A stretch of DNA of 64,000 bases from Eubacteriales bacterium (GTDB lineage Bacteria > Bacillota > Clostridia > Oscillospirales > UBA644): assembly GCA_045637625.1 (NCBI GenBank), contig JAZTZU010000064.1:1081-65080 (forward strand). Reading direction: 5' to 3'. How positions within the stretch are numbered: the first letter of the stretch is position 1; every line of letters starts with the position of its first letter. The notes below the pieces were generated by a model that did not search any database, was not told the DNA's origin, and saw only the letters and a list, made by a program, of their open reading frames with translations. Shown here one piece after another: positions 9,002 through 21,337 of the stretch. A program made the translations under genes and the position numbers.

Positions 9002-10158
9002 AAAGAAAGGAAGTGTATAATTTGAAAAAAAGTGATTGGATAATAATCATACCTTTTCTGATGTTTATTTTTACGTTTGGGTTACTTTATTTAACTTTAC
9101 CCGATATTGAATTTTCTGAAAATGAAAATAAATATCTTCAGCAGTTTCCCAAGGTTTCTTTTAAAAATGTTTTTAACGGTAAATTTGAATCTGATTTTGA
9201 AACTTATCTTTCCGATCAGATTGCAGGCAGAGATTTCTGGGTTGCAAGCAACTCCGTTCTGTTGTTGGCTTCGGGGCGTATGGATGTGAACGGAGTCTAT
9301 GTTGGGGAAGATGGGTATCTCCTTGAGATTTTTGATAATATTGACTTCGACCGCAGGGATAAACAAATTACCGCATTGAATAAGTTCTCATCTTACGTGG
9401 ATGTTCCTGTCTATTTTGCCATAGCTCCAAACTCTGTAAGTGTTCATGCTGATAAGCTTCCCGGTTTTGCTGTGAATTACAGTCAGGAGTCTTACATTTC
9501 AGAGTTTTATTCGGGATTGTCTTCGGAAATTATTACAATAGATCTTATGTCTGTTCTTAAGGAACATTCGGACGAATATATTTATTATAGAACAGACCAC
9601 CATTGGACAACTTACGGTTCTTTGATTGCATACAATGAAATAGCTTCTGTTATGGGAATAAACAGTTTTTCAGAAGAGGACTTTGTGAAAACAGATGTTT
9701 CAAAGGACTTCCTCGGTACATTTTTCTCGAAAGGAAACTTTATCGTCCCTCCCGATATCATAAGCCGCTATGATTTTAAAACTCCCACGGATTTTACGGT
9801 GACATTGGATAACGGAACTTCCTGTAAGACTTTTTATGATGAGTCTTATCTGGAAAAGAAAGATAAATACGCGTATTTTGCCCATGGGAATCCTGCTCAT
9901 CTGACGGTGGACTCTGACTTCGAAAACGGTAAGACCCTTGTTATCATTAAGGACTCTTACGCTCATTGTATGCTTCCTTTTTTTGTTGAGAGCTATGATG
10001 TTATTCACATGATCGACCCTCGTTATGTAAAGACGAATCTGACAGAATATATTCTTGCACTTGAACCTGATGAAATCCTTTTGCTTTATAACGCAAAAAC
10101 TCTTTCTGATGAAGTGAATTTTACCCGTCTCGGAACGGCACCAAAAACAGAACAATAA
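8998..10158 (+). CDS. DHHW family protein (AlgX/AlgJ-like SGNH O-acetyltransferase component)
   Basis: FSENEN, YYRTDHHWT, IKDSYA, IDPRY motifs; N-terminal TM anchor. Confidence 0.85.
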   Translation: MKRKEVYNLKKSDWIIIIPFLMFIFTFGLLYLTLPDIEFSENENKYLQQFPKVSFKNVFNGKFESDFETYLSDQIAGRDFWVASNSVLLLASGRMDVNGVYVGEDGYLLEIFDNIDFDRRDKQITALNKFSSYVDVPVYFAIAPNSVSVHADKLPGFAVNYSQESYISEFYSGLSSEIITIDLMSVLKEHSDEYIYYRTDHHWTTYGSLIAYNEIASVMGINSFSEEDFVKTDVSKDFLGTFFSKGNFIVPPDIISRYDFKTPTDFTVTLDNGTSCKTFYDESYLEKKDKYAYFAHGNPAHLTVDSDFENGKTLVIIKDSYAHCMLPFFVESYDVIHMIDPRYVKTNLTEYILALEPDEILLLYNAKTLSDEVNFTRLGTAPKTEQ

Positions 10159-10161
10159 ATA

Positions 10162-10191
10162 TTCGGAGACTTGATTTTTCAGGTCTCCGAA
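10162..10191. terminator. Hairpin / probable terminator
   Basis: TTCGGAGACTTG...CAGGTCTCCGAA inverted repeat after the stop codon. Confidence 0.5.
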
Positions 10192-10209
10192 AAAAATGAA
10201 TAAAAGTGC

Positions 10210-10238
10210 TTGACAAACCGTAGAATTTATGGTATTAT
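10210..10238 (+). promoter_or_regulatory. sigma-A promoter
   Basis: TTGACA-N17-TATTAT with extended TG. Confidence 0.7.
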
Positions 10239-10276
10239 TAAGGTAAATTAAAATATGATTATAAGGAGACTTTTAT

Positions 10277-11350
10277 ATGAATAATATATTCCCCCAGATG
10301 TTCGGTCTTTCAAAGCTCAGTAATTGCGAATCAAGGTCAATTTCAGCCGAAAACTTTACAGGTGAAAAGGGTAAAGGTGGTATGGCTGAGACAGGGACAG
10401 GTGCAACTTGTGCCCGTGATCTTGGCAAAGGTTGGAAGATCTCTCCGTCTATTGAGATCAAAGCAGGTGAGACTTTTGAAATTGCAAATATCAAAGAGTC
10501 GGGTATTATCAAACATATCTGGATGACCGACAGCAGCAGCGGCAACAGAGATCTTATTATCAGGATGTATTGGGATGACAGCGAGACTCCTTCTGTAGAA
10601 GTTCCCGTTGGGGATTTTTTTGCCAACGCACTTTATGGCGGCTATACGCAGGTGACGTCCCTTGCTGTTTGTGTTAACCCCAAACGCGGTTTTAACTGCT
10701 ATTGGGATATGCCTTTCCGTAAAAATTGCCGTATCACAATAGAAAATATCCATACTGCACCCATAATACTGTACTATCAGATCGATTATGTTCTGACTGA
10801 AGTTCCTGAAGATTGCGGCTATTTCCATGCTCAGTTCAGACGTACGAACCCTCTTCCATACAAAGAGGTATACACTCTTCTTGATAATGTTCAAGGCAAC
10901 GGTCATTATGTTGGTACCTATATGTTCTGGGGCGTAAACAATAATAACTGGTGGGGCGAAGGTGAAATCAAGTTCTACCTTGACGGCGACACCGATTATC
11001 CTACGATTTGCGGTACGGGTACTGAGGATTATTTCTGCGGAGCTTACGATTGGGATGTTGACGGTAAATATGTTGAATACTGTACACCTTATGCAGGTAT
11101 GCCGAAAGTTATCAGACCTAACGGTTTGTATTCAGCGAACACAAGATTCTCTCTTTACAGGTGGCATATCTGCGATCCGATATACTTTAAAAAAGATATT
11201 AAAGTTACGATCCAGGCTCTCGGATGGAGAAAAGACGGCAGATATCTTCCTTTGCAGGATGATATTTCTTCAGTTTCTTTCTGGTATCAGGATTCTATCT
11301 GCAAGACATTCCCCAAATTCCCCTCTGCAGACGAACTTGAAATAATATAA
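10277..11350 (+). CDS. DUF2961 / GH172-family glycoside hydrolase
   Basis: SRSISAENFTGEKG, WWGEGE, GTGTEDYF, YRWHICDPI motifs. Confidence 0.88.
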   Translation: MNNIFPQMFGLSKLSNCESRSISAENFTGEKGKGGMAETGTGATCARDLGKGWKISPSIEIKAGETFEIANIKESGIIKHIWMTDSSSGNRDLIIRMYWDDSETPSVEVPVGDFFANALYGGYTQVTSLAVCVNPKRGFNCYWDMPFRKNCRITIENIHTAPIILYYQIDYVLTEVPEDCGYFHAQFRRTNPLPYKEVYTLLDNVQGNGHYVGTYMFWGVNNNNWWGEGEIKFYLDGDTDYPTICGTGTEDYFCGAYDWDVDGKYVEYCTPYAGMPKVIRPNGLYSANTRFSLYRWHICDPIYFKKDIKVTIQALGWRKDGRYLPLQDDISSVSFWYQDSICKTFPKFPSADELEII

Positions 11351-11365
11351 GTTGGAATATTTTTT

Positions 11366-11597
11366 TATGGGGAACCTTTTTTCTTTTCGCGGAAAAAGAA
11401 AAAAGGTTCCCCATACCCCATACAAAAAAGAAAACCGATATTGGTGATTCCTGAGAATAAAAAAACAGCTGACTCAAATTTAATTGCGGCAGCTGTTGAT
11501 TTTTTGTTTTTAAATATATTGTGCGTAATGCACGGCAAAAGTTTTTTTGGAAAGGGTACGGGAAAACCTATTTTTACAAAAAATGGTTTTCCCGTAA
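11366..11597. repeat. REP-like hairpin doublet between convergent genes
   Basis: TATGGGGAACC...GGTTCCCCATA-CCCCATACAAAAAA (11366-11429) and AAAAGTTTTTTTGGAAAGGGTACGGGAAAACC...GGTTTTCCCGTAA (11537-11597). Confidence 0.8.
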
Positions 11598-11613
11598 ATT
11601 TCATATAACCCTC

Positions 11614-12021
11614 TTATTTAATCACCACAGTAATAGGATTTCCGCATCCGGGGCAGGAAATGTTTCGTGTGCCTTTTTTGCGCGGAACTCTGATTACAGC
11701 CTTGCAGTTTTTGCAGGTTATGTATTTGAACTCCTTGAAATATTTTATTTTGTTGTACTGGAGTTTGAAAAATTTAACCACTTTGTTTCTGTATATGATA
11801 TATTTTGCGTTTTCAGCTCGGCGCTTCACTACTTTTTTCGAGAGCATTCTGAAAATTGAGATGAAGAACAGCGCATATATAAGGATGTATACGATCCATG
11901 ACCTGATGAAAAGATTCAGGAAAACAAGGATGATGGACAGCCACAGAATATCCTTGTTCAGTACGTCCGTGCCGTATCTTCCTATCATGAATCTATAAAT
12001 TTTTTCGCGTAATTTTCCCAT
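11614..12021 (-). CDS. Conserved membrane protein with C-terminal zinc ribbon
   Basis: FMIGRYGTD N-terminus, two TM helices, CKNC...CPGC. Confidence 0.75.
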   Translation of the reverse strand: MGKLREKIYRFMIGRYGTDVLNKDILWLSIILVFLNLFIRSWIVYILIYALFFISIFRMLSKKVVKRRAENAKYIIYRNKVVKFFKLQYNKIKYFKEFKYITCKNCKAVIRVPRKKGTRNISCPGCGNPITVVIK

Positions 12022-12045
12022 AATAATCGTCCTTTAAATAATTTA

Positions 12046-12513
12046 TTAAAATCCAAAAAACAGCATCAGAAGCAGTCTTCCTAAAAATCTTAAAGCCATA
12101 AATCCCAACAGTATTCTGAAAAACGGAAACCTGACCACACGAACATTTTCCGTGTAGGACTTCCATACATCTTCAAAATCTTCTTCATATTGGGTTTGCT
12201 GTGTGTTTTGTGTGTAGGCCCTGCCGTATCCATTCTGCCCGTAGTTTCCGCCGTACCAATATCCTCCGTAATTTACACCCTGCCCGTAGGTTTGGTTTTC
12301 GTTTCCGTACGCAGCTGCTTCGGTTTTTTTGCCGCTTCTGATATCTTTTATCAGTTCGTAAGCGCTGTTGATCTCCTGCATCTTCTGTTCGGCGATCTTG
12401 TCTCCCGGGTTTAAGTCGGGATGGTATTTTGCGGCAAGTTTTCTGTATGCTTTTTTGATCTCGTCATCGGTTGCTGTCATTTCAATACCGAGAACTTTGT
12501 AAGGGTCTTGCAT
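12046..12513 (-). CDS. J-domain (DnaJ-like) protein with C-terminal membrane segment
   Basis: DPYKVLG...[12 protein letters not shown]...INSAYE, G/Y/Q-rich linker. Confidence 0.85.
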   Translation of the reverse strand: MQDPYKVLGIEMTATDDEIKKAYRKLAAKYHPDLNPGDKIAEQKMQEINSAYELIKDIRSGKKTEAAAYGNENQTYGQGVNYGGYWYGGNYGQNGYGRAYTQNTQQTQYEEDFEDVWKSYTENVRVVRFPFFRILLGFMALRFLGRLLLMLFFGF

Positions 12514-12695
12514 TTTTCACCTTTCCTCTGTAGTAATTGCCATATTATATATATTAAACTTAAATTTCGGTAATGTCAAGCACCTTTGCAGAATTACCAC
12601 ATATAATTCGTTATTTTCCCTAAATTACAAAAAATAAAGAGTCTTTTTTACTGAAAATCGTTTTTTTGGAATATCCCTCAAATTGTTTTTTATAG

Positions 12696-12733
12696 GTGCA
12701 GGGCACCCTTCTTTTGGAAGAAAGGTGCCCCAC
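12696..12733 (+). repeat. Divergent REP-like hairpin / terminator
   Basis: GTGCAGGGCACCCTTCTTTTGGAAGAAAGGTGCCCCAC, architecture similar to the other REP-like units. Confidence 0.45.
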
Positions 12734-12760
12734 AAAGATATAATATCGTTCAACTAAATA

Positions 12761-13849
12761 TTAGTCAAAGTAAACAGTTTTGCCTGTTCTGTAAGATGTG
12801 TAGATAGCTTCGAGGATCTGAGAAACAACGAGAGCCTGTTCGGGTTTAACGCAGGGTTCTTTGTCGTTTACGATAGCGTCGATCCACTGTGCCATATCAA
12901 GAGCGGATGCATCACCGTCATCTACGCCTTCATAGAAAGCAACGCCGCCTGCAGAGAGGTCGATCTTCTTGAGGTAGAGTTTGGAGAATTCTTCACCGTT
13001 AACTCTCATGCCATCAAAGAAGTCAACGCCTGCTTCTGTACCTGCAAGAGTACATGTAGCTTCCATGGGGTTAGCAAGGTTGATAGCCCAGCTGGATTCG
13101 AGGATGATTGTAGCGCCGTTCTTCATTTTGATGAAACCGAAAGCGGAGTCTTCAACTGTGTACTTTTCAGGATCCCAGGGGCCCCAAGCGTTAGCGGAGT
13201 TGGGTCTCTTACCGAGTTTGTAGTGGCAGTTACCGGAAACGGATTCAACTTCGTAGTTGTTCATCATGTAAAGTGTAAGGTCAAGAGCATGTGTACCGAT
13301 ATCGATGAGGGGTCCGCCGCCCTGTTCTTCTTCGTTCATGAATACGCCCCAAGTGGGAACAGCTCTTCTTCTGATAGCATGAGCTTTACCGAAGTAAATG
13401 TCACCGAATACGCCTGCTTCACACATTGTTTTGAGGTGACGCATTTCTCTTGTCTGTCTGTTCTGGTAGCCGATTGTAAGTTTTTTGCCTGTTCTCTTTG
13501 CAGCTTCAAGCATCAATTTTGCATCAGCAACTGTTTTTGCCATGGGTTTTTCACACATAACGTGTTTGCCTGCTTCGAGAGAAGCTACAGTGATAGGACC
13601 GTGGGATTTGTTGGGAGTGCAAACGTGGATAACTTCTACTTCAGGGCAGTCAGCAAGCATTTCTTTGTAGTCAGCGTAAACCTTTGCATCTTCTGTACCG
13701 AATTCTTTTGCAGCCTTTTCAGCTCTTTCAACGATGATATCGCAGAATGCTACCATTTCAACGTTGGGAAGCTTTTTAAGTGAAGGCATGTGTTTACCGT
13801 TTGCGATACCGCCGCAACCGATAATACCGATTTTGAGTTTCTTTTCCAT
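12761..13849 (-). CDS. Gfo/Idh/MocA family oxidoreductase
   Basis: GIIGCGGIA Rossmann fold, HVMCEKPM, GGGPLIDIGTH. Confidence 0.92.
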   Translation of the reverse strand: MEKKLKIGIIGCGGIANGKHMPSLKKLPNVEMVAFCDIIVERAEKAAKEFGTEDAKVYADYKEMLADCPEVEVIHVCTPNKSHGPITVASLEAGKHVMCEKPMAKTVADAKLMLEAAKRTGKKLTIGYQNRQTREMRHLKTMCEAGVFGDIYFGKAHAIRRRAVPTWGVFMNEEEQGGGPLIDIGTHALDLTLYMMNNYEVESVSGNCHYKLGKRPNSANAWGPWDPEKYTVEDSAFGFIKMKNGATIILESSWAINLANPMEATCTLAGTEAGVDFFDGMRVNGEEFSKLYLKKIDLSAGGVAFYEGVDDGDASALDMAQWIDAIVNDKEPCVKPEQALVVSQILEAIYTSYRTGKTVYFD

Positions 13850-13922
13850 TTTTAATCTACTCCTTTGAGTTTATTTGTGTTAAATTTGGTTTCTTAAGTA
13901 AAAGTGTATAACTCATATATAT

Positions 13923-13951
13923 AGAATACCAAAAAAAACGCAATTTGTCAA
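13923..13951 (-). promoter_or_regulatory. sigma-A promoter
   Basis: TTGACA-N17-TATTCT with extended TG. Confidence 0.6.
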
Positions 13952-14012
13952 GGGGTATTTTGATTAAAAAAAGAAAAATTATATGAGTTTTAATTATTTT
14001 ATATTGTTTTTA

Positions 14013-14041
14013 TTGACAAGCGGCGTTTTTTGTGGTATTAT
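14013..14041 (+). promoter_or_regulatory. sigma-A promoter
   Basis: TTGACA-N17-TATTAT with extended TG. Confidence 0.7.
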
Positions 14042-14135
14042 TATAGTGGTAATATTGTACGTCGTCCGTAACTGCGGAAGATAATATAACTTAAAAAATA
14101 TTTTGCCGTTAACTACGGCATGGAGGTTTTCAATT

Positions 14136-15080
14136 ATGTATAGAATTGGTGTTGACCTTGGCGGTACAAATATCGCTGTAGGTATCGTAAGCGAAGAAGG
14201 CGCAATCGTTGCGAAAAAATCTGTGAAAACAGGTGCTTCCAGACCTTTCGCCGAAATTATGAAGGATATGGCAGACTGTGTTCTTTCCCTTCTTGCAGAA
14301 CAGAATATCAGCCTTGACGATGTTGCTTGCATCGGTATCGGTACTCCCGGTTCCGTAAACAACGAAACGGGTATGCTCGTTTATGCAAACAACTTCAAAG
14401 ATGGAGAAAATGTTCCCATGAGAGAACTTCTTCAGAAGTATATCAATAAACCCGTTTACCTTGGCAACGATGCTAACGTAGCTGCTCTCGGTGAAGTTAT
14501 TTCCGGTGCTGCAAAAGGTGTTGACAATGCCGTTATGATCACTCTCGGCACAGGCGTTGGCGGCGGTATCGTTATCAACGGCCAGATCTATGAAGGTCAG
14601 TACGCAGCAGGCGCAGAACTTGGCCACATTCTCCTCATCAAAGACGGTGACCAGTGCAGCTGCGGCAGAAAAGGCTGTTGGGAAGCATATGCATCCGCTA
14701 CAGGTCTTATCCGTCAGACAAAACATGCCATGATCGACAATCCCGACTCCATTATGAACGAAATGACATCCATTGACAACGTAAGCGGCAGAACTGCTTT
14801 CGACGCAATGAGAAAAGGCGACGCTGTTGCTAAACAGGTTTGTGATACATACATCGAATACATTGCCGCAGGCATGGTTGACCTTATGAACATTTTCCGT
14901 CCCGAAGTATTCATCATCGGCGGCGGTATCTGCAACGAAGGCGATACTCTCCTCAATCCCATCCGTGCTTACGTAAACAAATACATCTACGGTGGCAACA
15001 GAAATCCCGAACAGAAGATCGCTATTGCTCAGCTCGGTAACGATGCTGGAATTATAGGCGCTGCTTTTATAGTCAAATAA
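14136..15080 (+). CDS. ROK family sugar kinase (glucokinase)
   Basis: GVDLGGT, GNDANVAA, TLGTGVGGG, ELGH, CSCGRKGCWE; GGAGG RBS before ATG 14136. Confidence 0.92.
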   Translation: MYRIGVDLGGTNIAVGIVSEEGAIVAKKSVKTGASRPFAEIMKDMADCVLSLLAEQNISLDDVACIGIGTPGSVNNETGMLVYANNFKDGENVPMRELLQKYINKPVYLGNDANVAALGEVISGAAKGVDNAVMITLGTGVGGGIVINGQIYEGQYAAGAELGHILLIKDGDQCSCGRKGCWEAYASATGLIRQTKHAMIDNPDSIMNEMTSIDNVSGRTAFDAMRKGDAVAKQVCDTYIEYIAAGMVDLMNIFRPEVFIIGGGICNEGDTLLNPIRAYVNKYIYGGNRNPEQKIAIAQLGNDAGIIGAAFIVK

Positions 15081-15188
15081 TTTGAGCTTTTCATTGGGCG
15101 CATAATCGCTTTTTCCTTAGCTCGACGTATACCCGATACGCCTTCGCACGGAGAAAAACAATTCTGCATCCCACTGAAAGATCTCAAA
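15081..15188. repeat. 108-bp imperfect long palindrome (MITE/ERIC-like)
   Basis: TTTGAG-CTTTTCATTGGGCGCA ... TGCATCCCACTGAAAG-ATCTCAAA with apex GACGTAT-ACCCG-ATACGCC. Confidence 0.6.
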
Positions 15189-15308
15189 ACCCGCTTTGAG
15201 ATTTTGGAGATTCTTTGAATTTAAAAATTCCACAGCTAACGCATTGAAAAATATCGGTGCGTTAGCTATTGGAAGTTATGATTATGTAGATTGAGCGAAA
15301 GCTCGGTT

Positions 15309-15366
15309 AAAGTTTTTTTGGAAAGGGTGCGGGAAAACCTATTTTTTCAAAAAATGGTTTTCCCGC
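15309..15366 (+). repeat. REP-like unit
   Basis: AAAGTTTTTTTGGAAAGGGTGCGGGAAAACCTATTTTTTCAAAAAATGGTTTTCCCGC, nearly identical to 11537-11597. Confidence 0.85.
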
Positions 15367-15386
15367 CAAAAAAAAGAATACTGATA

Positions 15387-16355
15387 ATGAGAGAATTACA
15401 AGCCGGAATAAATGACGCAGGGCAGAGACTTGATAAGTTTATGGGGAAAACTTTTCCCAAGATGCCACAGTCATTGCTTTATAAATACCTCAGACAGAAA
15501 TGTGTAAAAGTAAACGGAAAACATGAAAAGGCGGAGTACCGTATTCAAACGGGAGATGTTCTTCGCTTTTATATCAGTGACGAATTTTTTGAGGATCAGA
15601 GCGAAAAAGCTCAGAATCTGGATAAGATCAAGCCTTCGTTCGGCGTGGTTTACGAGGATGAAAATATCCTTATTGCAGATAAGCCGATAGGACTTCTTTG
15701 TCAGAGTGACGAAAAGGAAAGCTTCAATACTTTGGATAATCATGTTCGTGCGTATTTGCGTTCAAAAGGGGAATACGATCCGAATAATGAAAATGCGTTT
15801 GCACCGTCTCTGTGCAACAGGATAGATAAAAATACACAGGGTCTTGTTATTGCCGCAAAAAATGCGGAGTCTCTGAGGATAATGAACCAGAAAATTAAGG
15901 ATCGTGAAATCGATAAACGCTATTTGTGCCTTGTTTTCGGTACTCCGAAGCCTAAGGAAGGCGTTTTTACCGCATACCTCTATAAAGATAATAAAACCAA
16001 TACCGTAACTGTATCTGAGAAAAGCAAACCTTACAACAAGGATATAAAAACGGGGTATAAGACTTTGAGCTCCGACGGTAAGATCTCATTGCTTGAGGTT
16101 CGCCTTTTTACCGGCAGGACTCATCAGATACGCGCTCATATGGCGTATCTCGGGTATCCGCTTCTTGGTGACGGAAAATACGGTTCTGCTGCACGAAACA
16201 AAGAATTTTTTAAAAACAAGAATTTTTCTTTTGAATATCAGGCGCTTTGTTCCTATAAATTGACATTTGACTTTGTTTCTCCGTCGGGAATTCTTGACTA
16301 TCTTAACGGAAAAACCTTTGAAACAAAACCGTATTGGGGCGACGGCCTTATATGA
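15387..16355 (+). CDS. RluA/RluC family pseudouridine synthase
   Basis: S4 domain (GQRLDKF), DKPIG, NRIDKNTQG catalytic Asp, TGRTHQIR, GDGKYG. Confidence 0.92.
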   Translation: MRELQAGINDAGQRLDKFMGKTFPKMPQSLLYKYLRQKCVKVNGKHEKAEYRIQTGDVLRFYISDEFFEDQSEKAQNLDKIKPSFGVVYEDENILIADKPIGLLCQSDEKESFNTLDNHVRAYLRSKGEYDPNNENAFAPSLCNRIDKNTQGLVIAAKNAESLRIMNQKIKDREIDKRYLCLVFGTPKPKEGVFTAYLYKDNKTNTVTVSEKSKPYNKDIKTGYKTLSSDGKISLLEVRLFTGRTHQIRAHMAYLGYPLLGDGKYGSAARNKEFFKNKNFSFEYQALCSYKLTFDFVSPSGILDYLNGKTFETKPYWGDGLI

Positions 16356-17041
16356 AATTTGCTTTTTTGTCCGACAGATCCTACGGTTCAACGTTGAAAC
16401 TGTTGAAAACTTCAATTTTAATACCCGAATTACCGTTGATTGATTCGAAAACCGCATATCATGCAGATCTGTCACTATGTGTTTTGGAAAAAGATGTTGT
16501 GTGTGCGCCGTCGCTTTATGAGCGGTTTGAACAGATAAAATCTCCGGATTTTATTGGCGGTTTTAATTTTATAAAAGGCAGTTGCGAACCTCGTGAACCC
16601 TATCCCAACGATATACTGTACAACGCTGCTGTTGTTGGAAAATATGTTTTTTGTAAAAAGGACAGTACCGATAAAAAACTGCTTGAAATTGCAGAATTAA
16701 GAGGTTATCAGATCATAGAGGTGAAACAGGGGTATGCTCGGTGCAGTACTTTGCCTGTTTCGGATACAGCGCTTATTACCTCGGACAATGGTATCTGTTC
16801 TGCTGCATTGGATCTGGGGCTTGACGCACTTCAAGTTACAAATGAGGGTGTTTCGCTTGATGGGTATCCTCATGGGTTTATCGGAGGCTGCGGAGGGCTT
16901 TTTGAAAACAAACTCATTTTCAGTGGTGATATTTCAAAACACCGTGATTATGAACGAATAAAGGATTTCTGTGAAAAATATTGCGTTGAAATACTTTTTA
17001 CGGATGAACCTTTGTATGATTTCGGATCGATTTTGTGTTGA
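16352..17041 (+). CDS. DUF6873-like (GME/amidinotransferase fold) protein
   Basis: YHADL, YPNDILYN, VKQGYARCS, GFIGG motifs. Confidence 0.65.
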   Translation: MKFAFLSDRSYGSTLKLLKTSILIPELPLIDSKTAYHADLSLCVLEKDVVCAPSLYERFEQIKSPDFIGGFNFIKGSCEPREPYPNDILYNAAVVGKYVFCKKDSTDKKLLEIAELRGYQIIEVKQGYARCSTLPVSDTALITSDNGICSAALDLGLDALQVTNEGVSLDGYPHGFIGGCGGLFENKLIFSGDISKHRDYERIKDFCEKYCVEILFTDEPLYDFGSILC

Positions 17042-17104
17042 AAAATACGTGTTTTGCATAAGATATATATGACCTTTATCTTACCTGAAAGGGGAGAGTC
17101 ATAT

Positions 17105-17743
17105 ATGAAAAAAATGCGTAAAAGTAAAAAGTTGTGTCTGTTTTTGGCCTTGACGATAGCACTTTCGTTGTTGACGGTGTCTTATATCGAAAGCTTTTTT
17201 GACCCCATAATCAGAACTATGGCTGTGTCCCGTTCCGAAGTTCTGCTTTCGCAGGAAATTGCAAATGAAATAAATGAAACGATGTCTGAAAACGGGATCA
17301 CCTACAGCGACATTATTTCATTCGTCACGGATAATGACGGTCGGATCAACGCCATGACCACCAATATCGTCACGGCAAATAAGTTGAAATCCTTCCTTGC
17401 TCTTTCTATTTTGACTCGGATTACAAATGTTGATGAGACGGAATTGAGTATTCCGTGGGGAAATCTTACCGGAATATCCATTCTTGCCGGTAGGGGACCC
17501 GAAATGAAAGTCAAGGTCATACCGATAGGGAGTGTGCAGACGGAGCTTTCGTCTCAGTTTGTTTCTGCGGGCATAAATCAGACTCAGCATCGGATAATAA
17601 TGGAAGTAACTTCCAATGTGGATATAATTTTGCCTTCGGAAACTGTTTCTACCACAGTTTCTGTAAATGTTGTGATTGCCGAGACAGTTATCGTGGGCAG
17701 CGTTCCCGACAGCTATGCGGAAATAAAAGTACCTCTTGAATAG
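17105..17743 (+). CDS. yunB: Sporulation protein YunB
   Basis: IPWGNLTG...[26 protein letters not shown] motifs. Confidence 0.88.
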   Translation: MKKMRKSKKLCLFLALTIALSLLTVSYIESFFDPIIRTMAVSRSEVLLSQEIANEINETMSENGITYSDIISFVTDNDGRINAMTTNIVTANKLKSFLALSILTRITNVDETELSIPWGNLTGISILAGRGPEMKVKVIPIGSVQTELSSQFVSAGINQTQHRIIMEVTSNVDIILPSETVSTTVSVNVVIAETVIVGSVPDSYAEIKVPLE

Positions 17744-17751
17744 GAGAAAAT

Positions 17752-18102
17752 ATGGAGAATAACAAGATTTATTCAATGAAATTATCGAAGATCTATCCGC
17801 TTTTGGTTCAAAAGGCGGAGAGGAAAGACCGTACCGAAAATGAAGTCAGGGAGATAATCTTTTGGCTTATGGGTTATGACTGTGAGTCTTTGAATAAACA
17901 ACTTGAAAACGATGTTTCATACGGTGAGTTTTTTACTCAGGCACCTCGGATGAATCCCGACCGTGAGCTGATAAAAGGTGTCGTCTGCGGTGTTCGTGTC
18001 GAGAATATCGAAGACCCGTTGATGCGTGACATCAGATATCTGGATAAATTGGTGGATGAACTTGCAAAGGGCAAAAGTATTGATAAAATATTAAGGAGTT
18101 AA
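17752..18102 (+). CDS. DUF2200 family protein
   Basis: [36 protein letters not shown]. Confidence 0.85.
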   Translation: MENNKIYSMKLSKIYPLLVQKAERKDRTENEVREIIFWLMGYDCESLNKQLENDVSYGEFFTQAPRMNPDRELIKGVVCGVRVENIEDPLMRDIRYLDKLVDELAKGKSIDKILRS

Positions 18103-18111
18103 AGGATCGTT

Positions 18112-21156
<3,045 letters not shown>

Positions 21157-21302
21157 TTTGACATAGTATCGTCATTTCTATTCTCTTGGATAAATTCATA
21201 AAGTTTTTGGCGAAAAATAGTTTTATACACAAAAAAACGAGTAAAATTGCGGCTACTTATTTATATGTTTGTAATATTTAATGGTTTTTTTGATGAAGTC
21301 TC

Positions 21303-21331
21303 TTGATTTTCGGGATTCTTTTTGGTACAAT
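21303..21331 (+). promoter_or_regulatory. sigma-A promoter, probably giving a leaderless mRNA
   Basis: TTGATT-N17-TACAAT with extended TG; ATG starts 7 nt after the -10 box and no SD is visible. Confidence 0.6.
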
Positions 21332-21337
21332 ATATAT

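Noticed and set aside
15291-15386. N-terminal extension of the RluA-family ORF, and similar short ORFs at 11365-11604 and 53102-53326
   Set aside because: These are translations of the REP-like repeats, not real coding sequence
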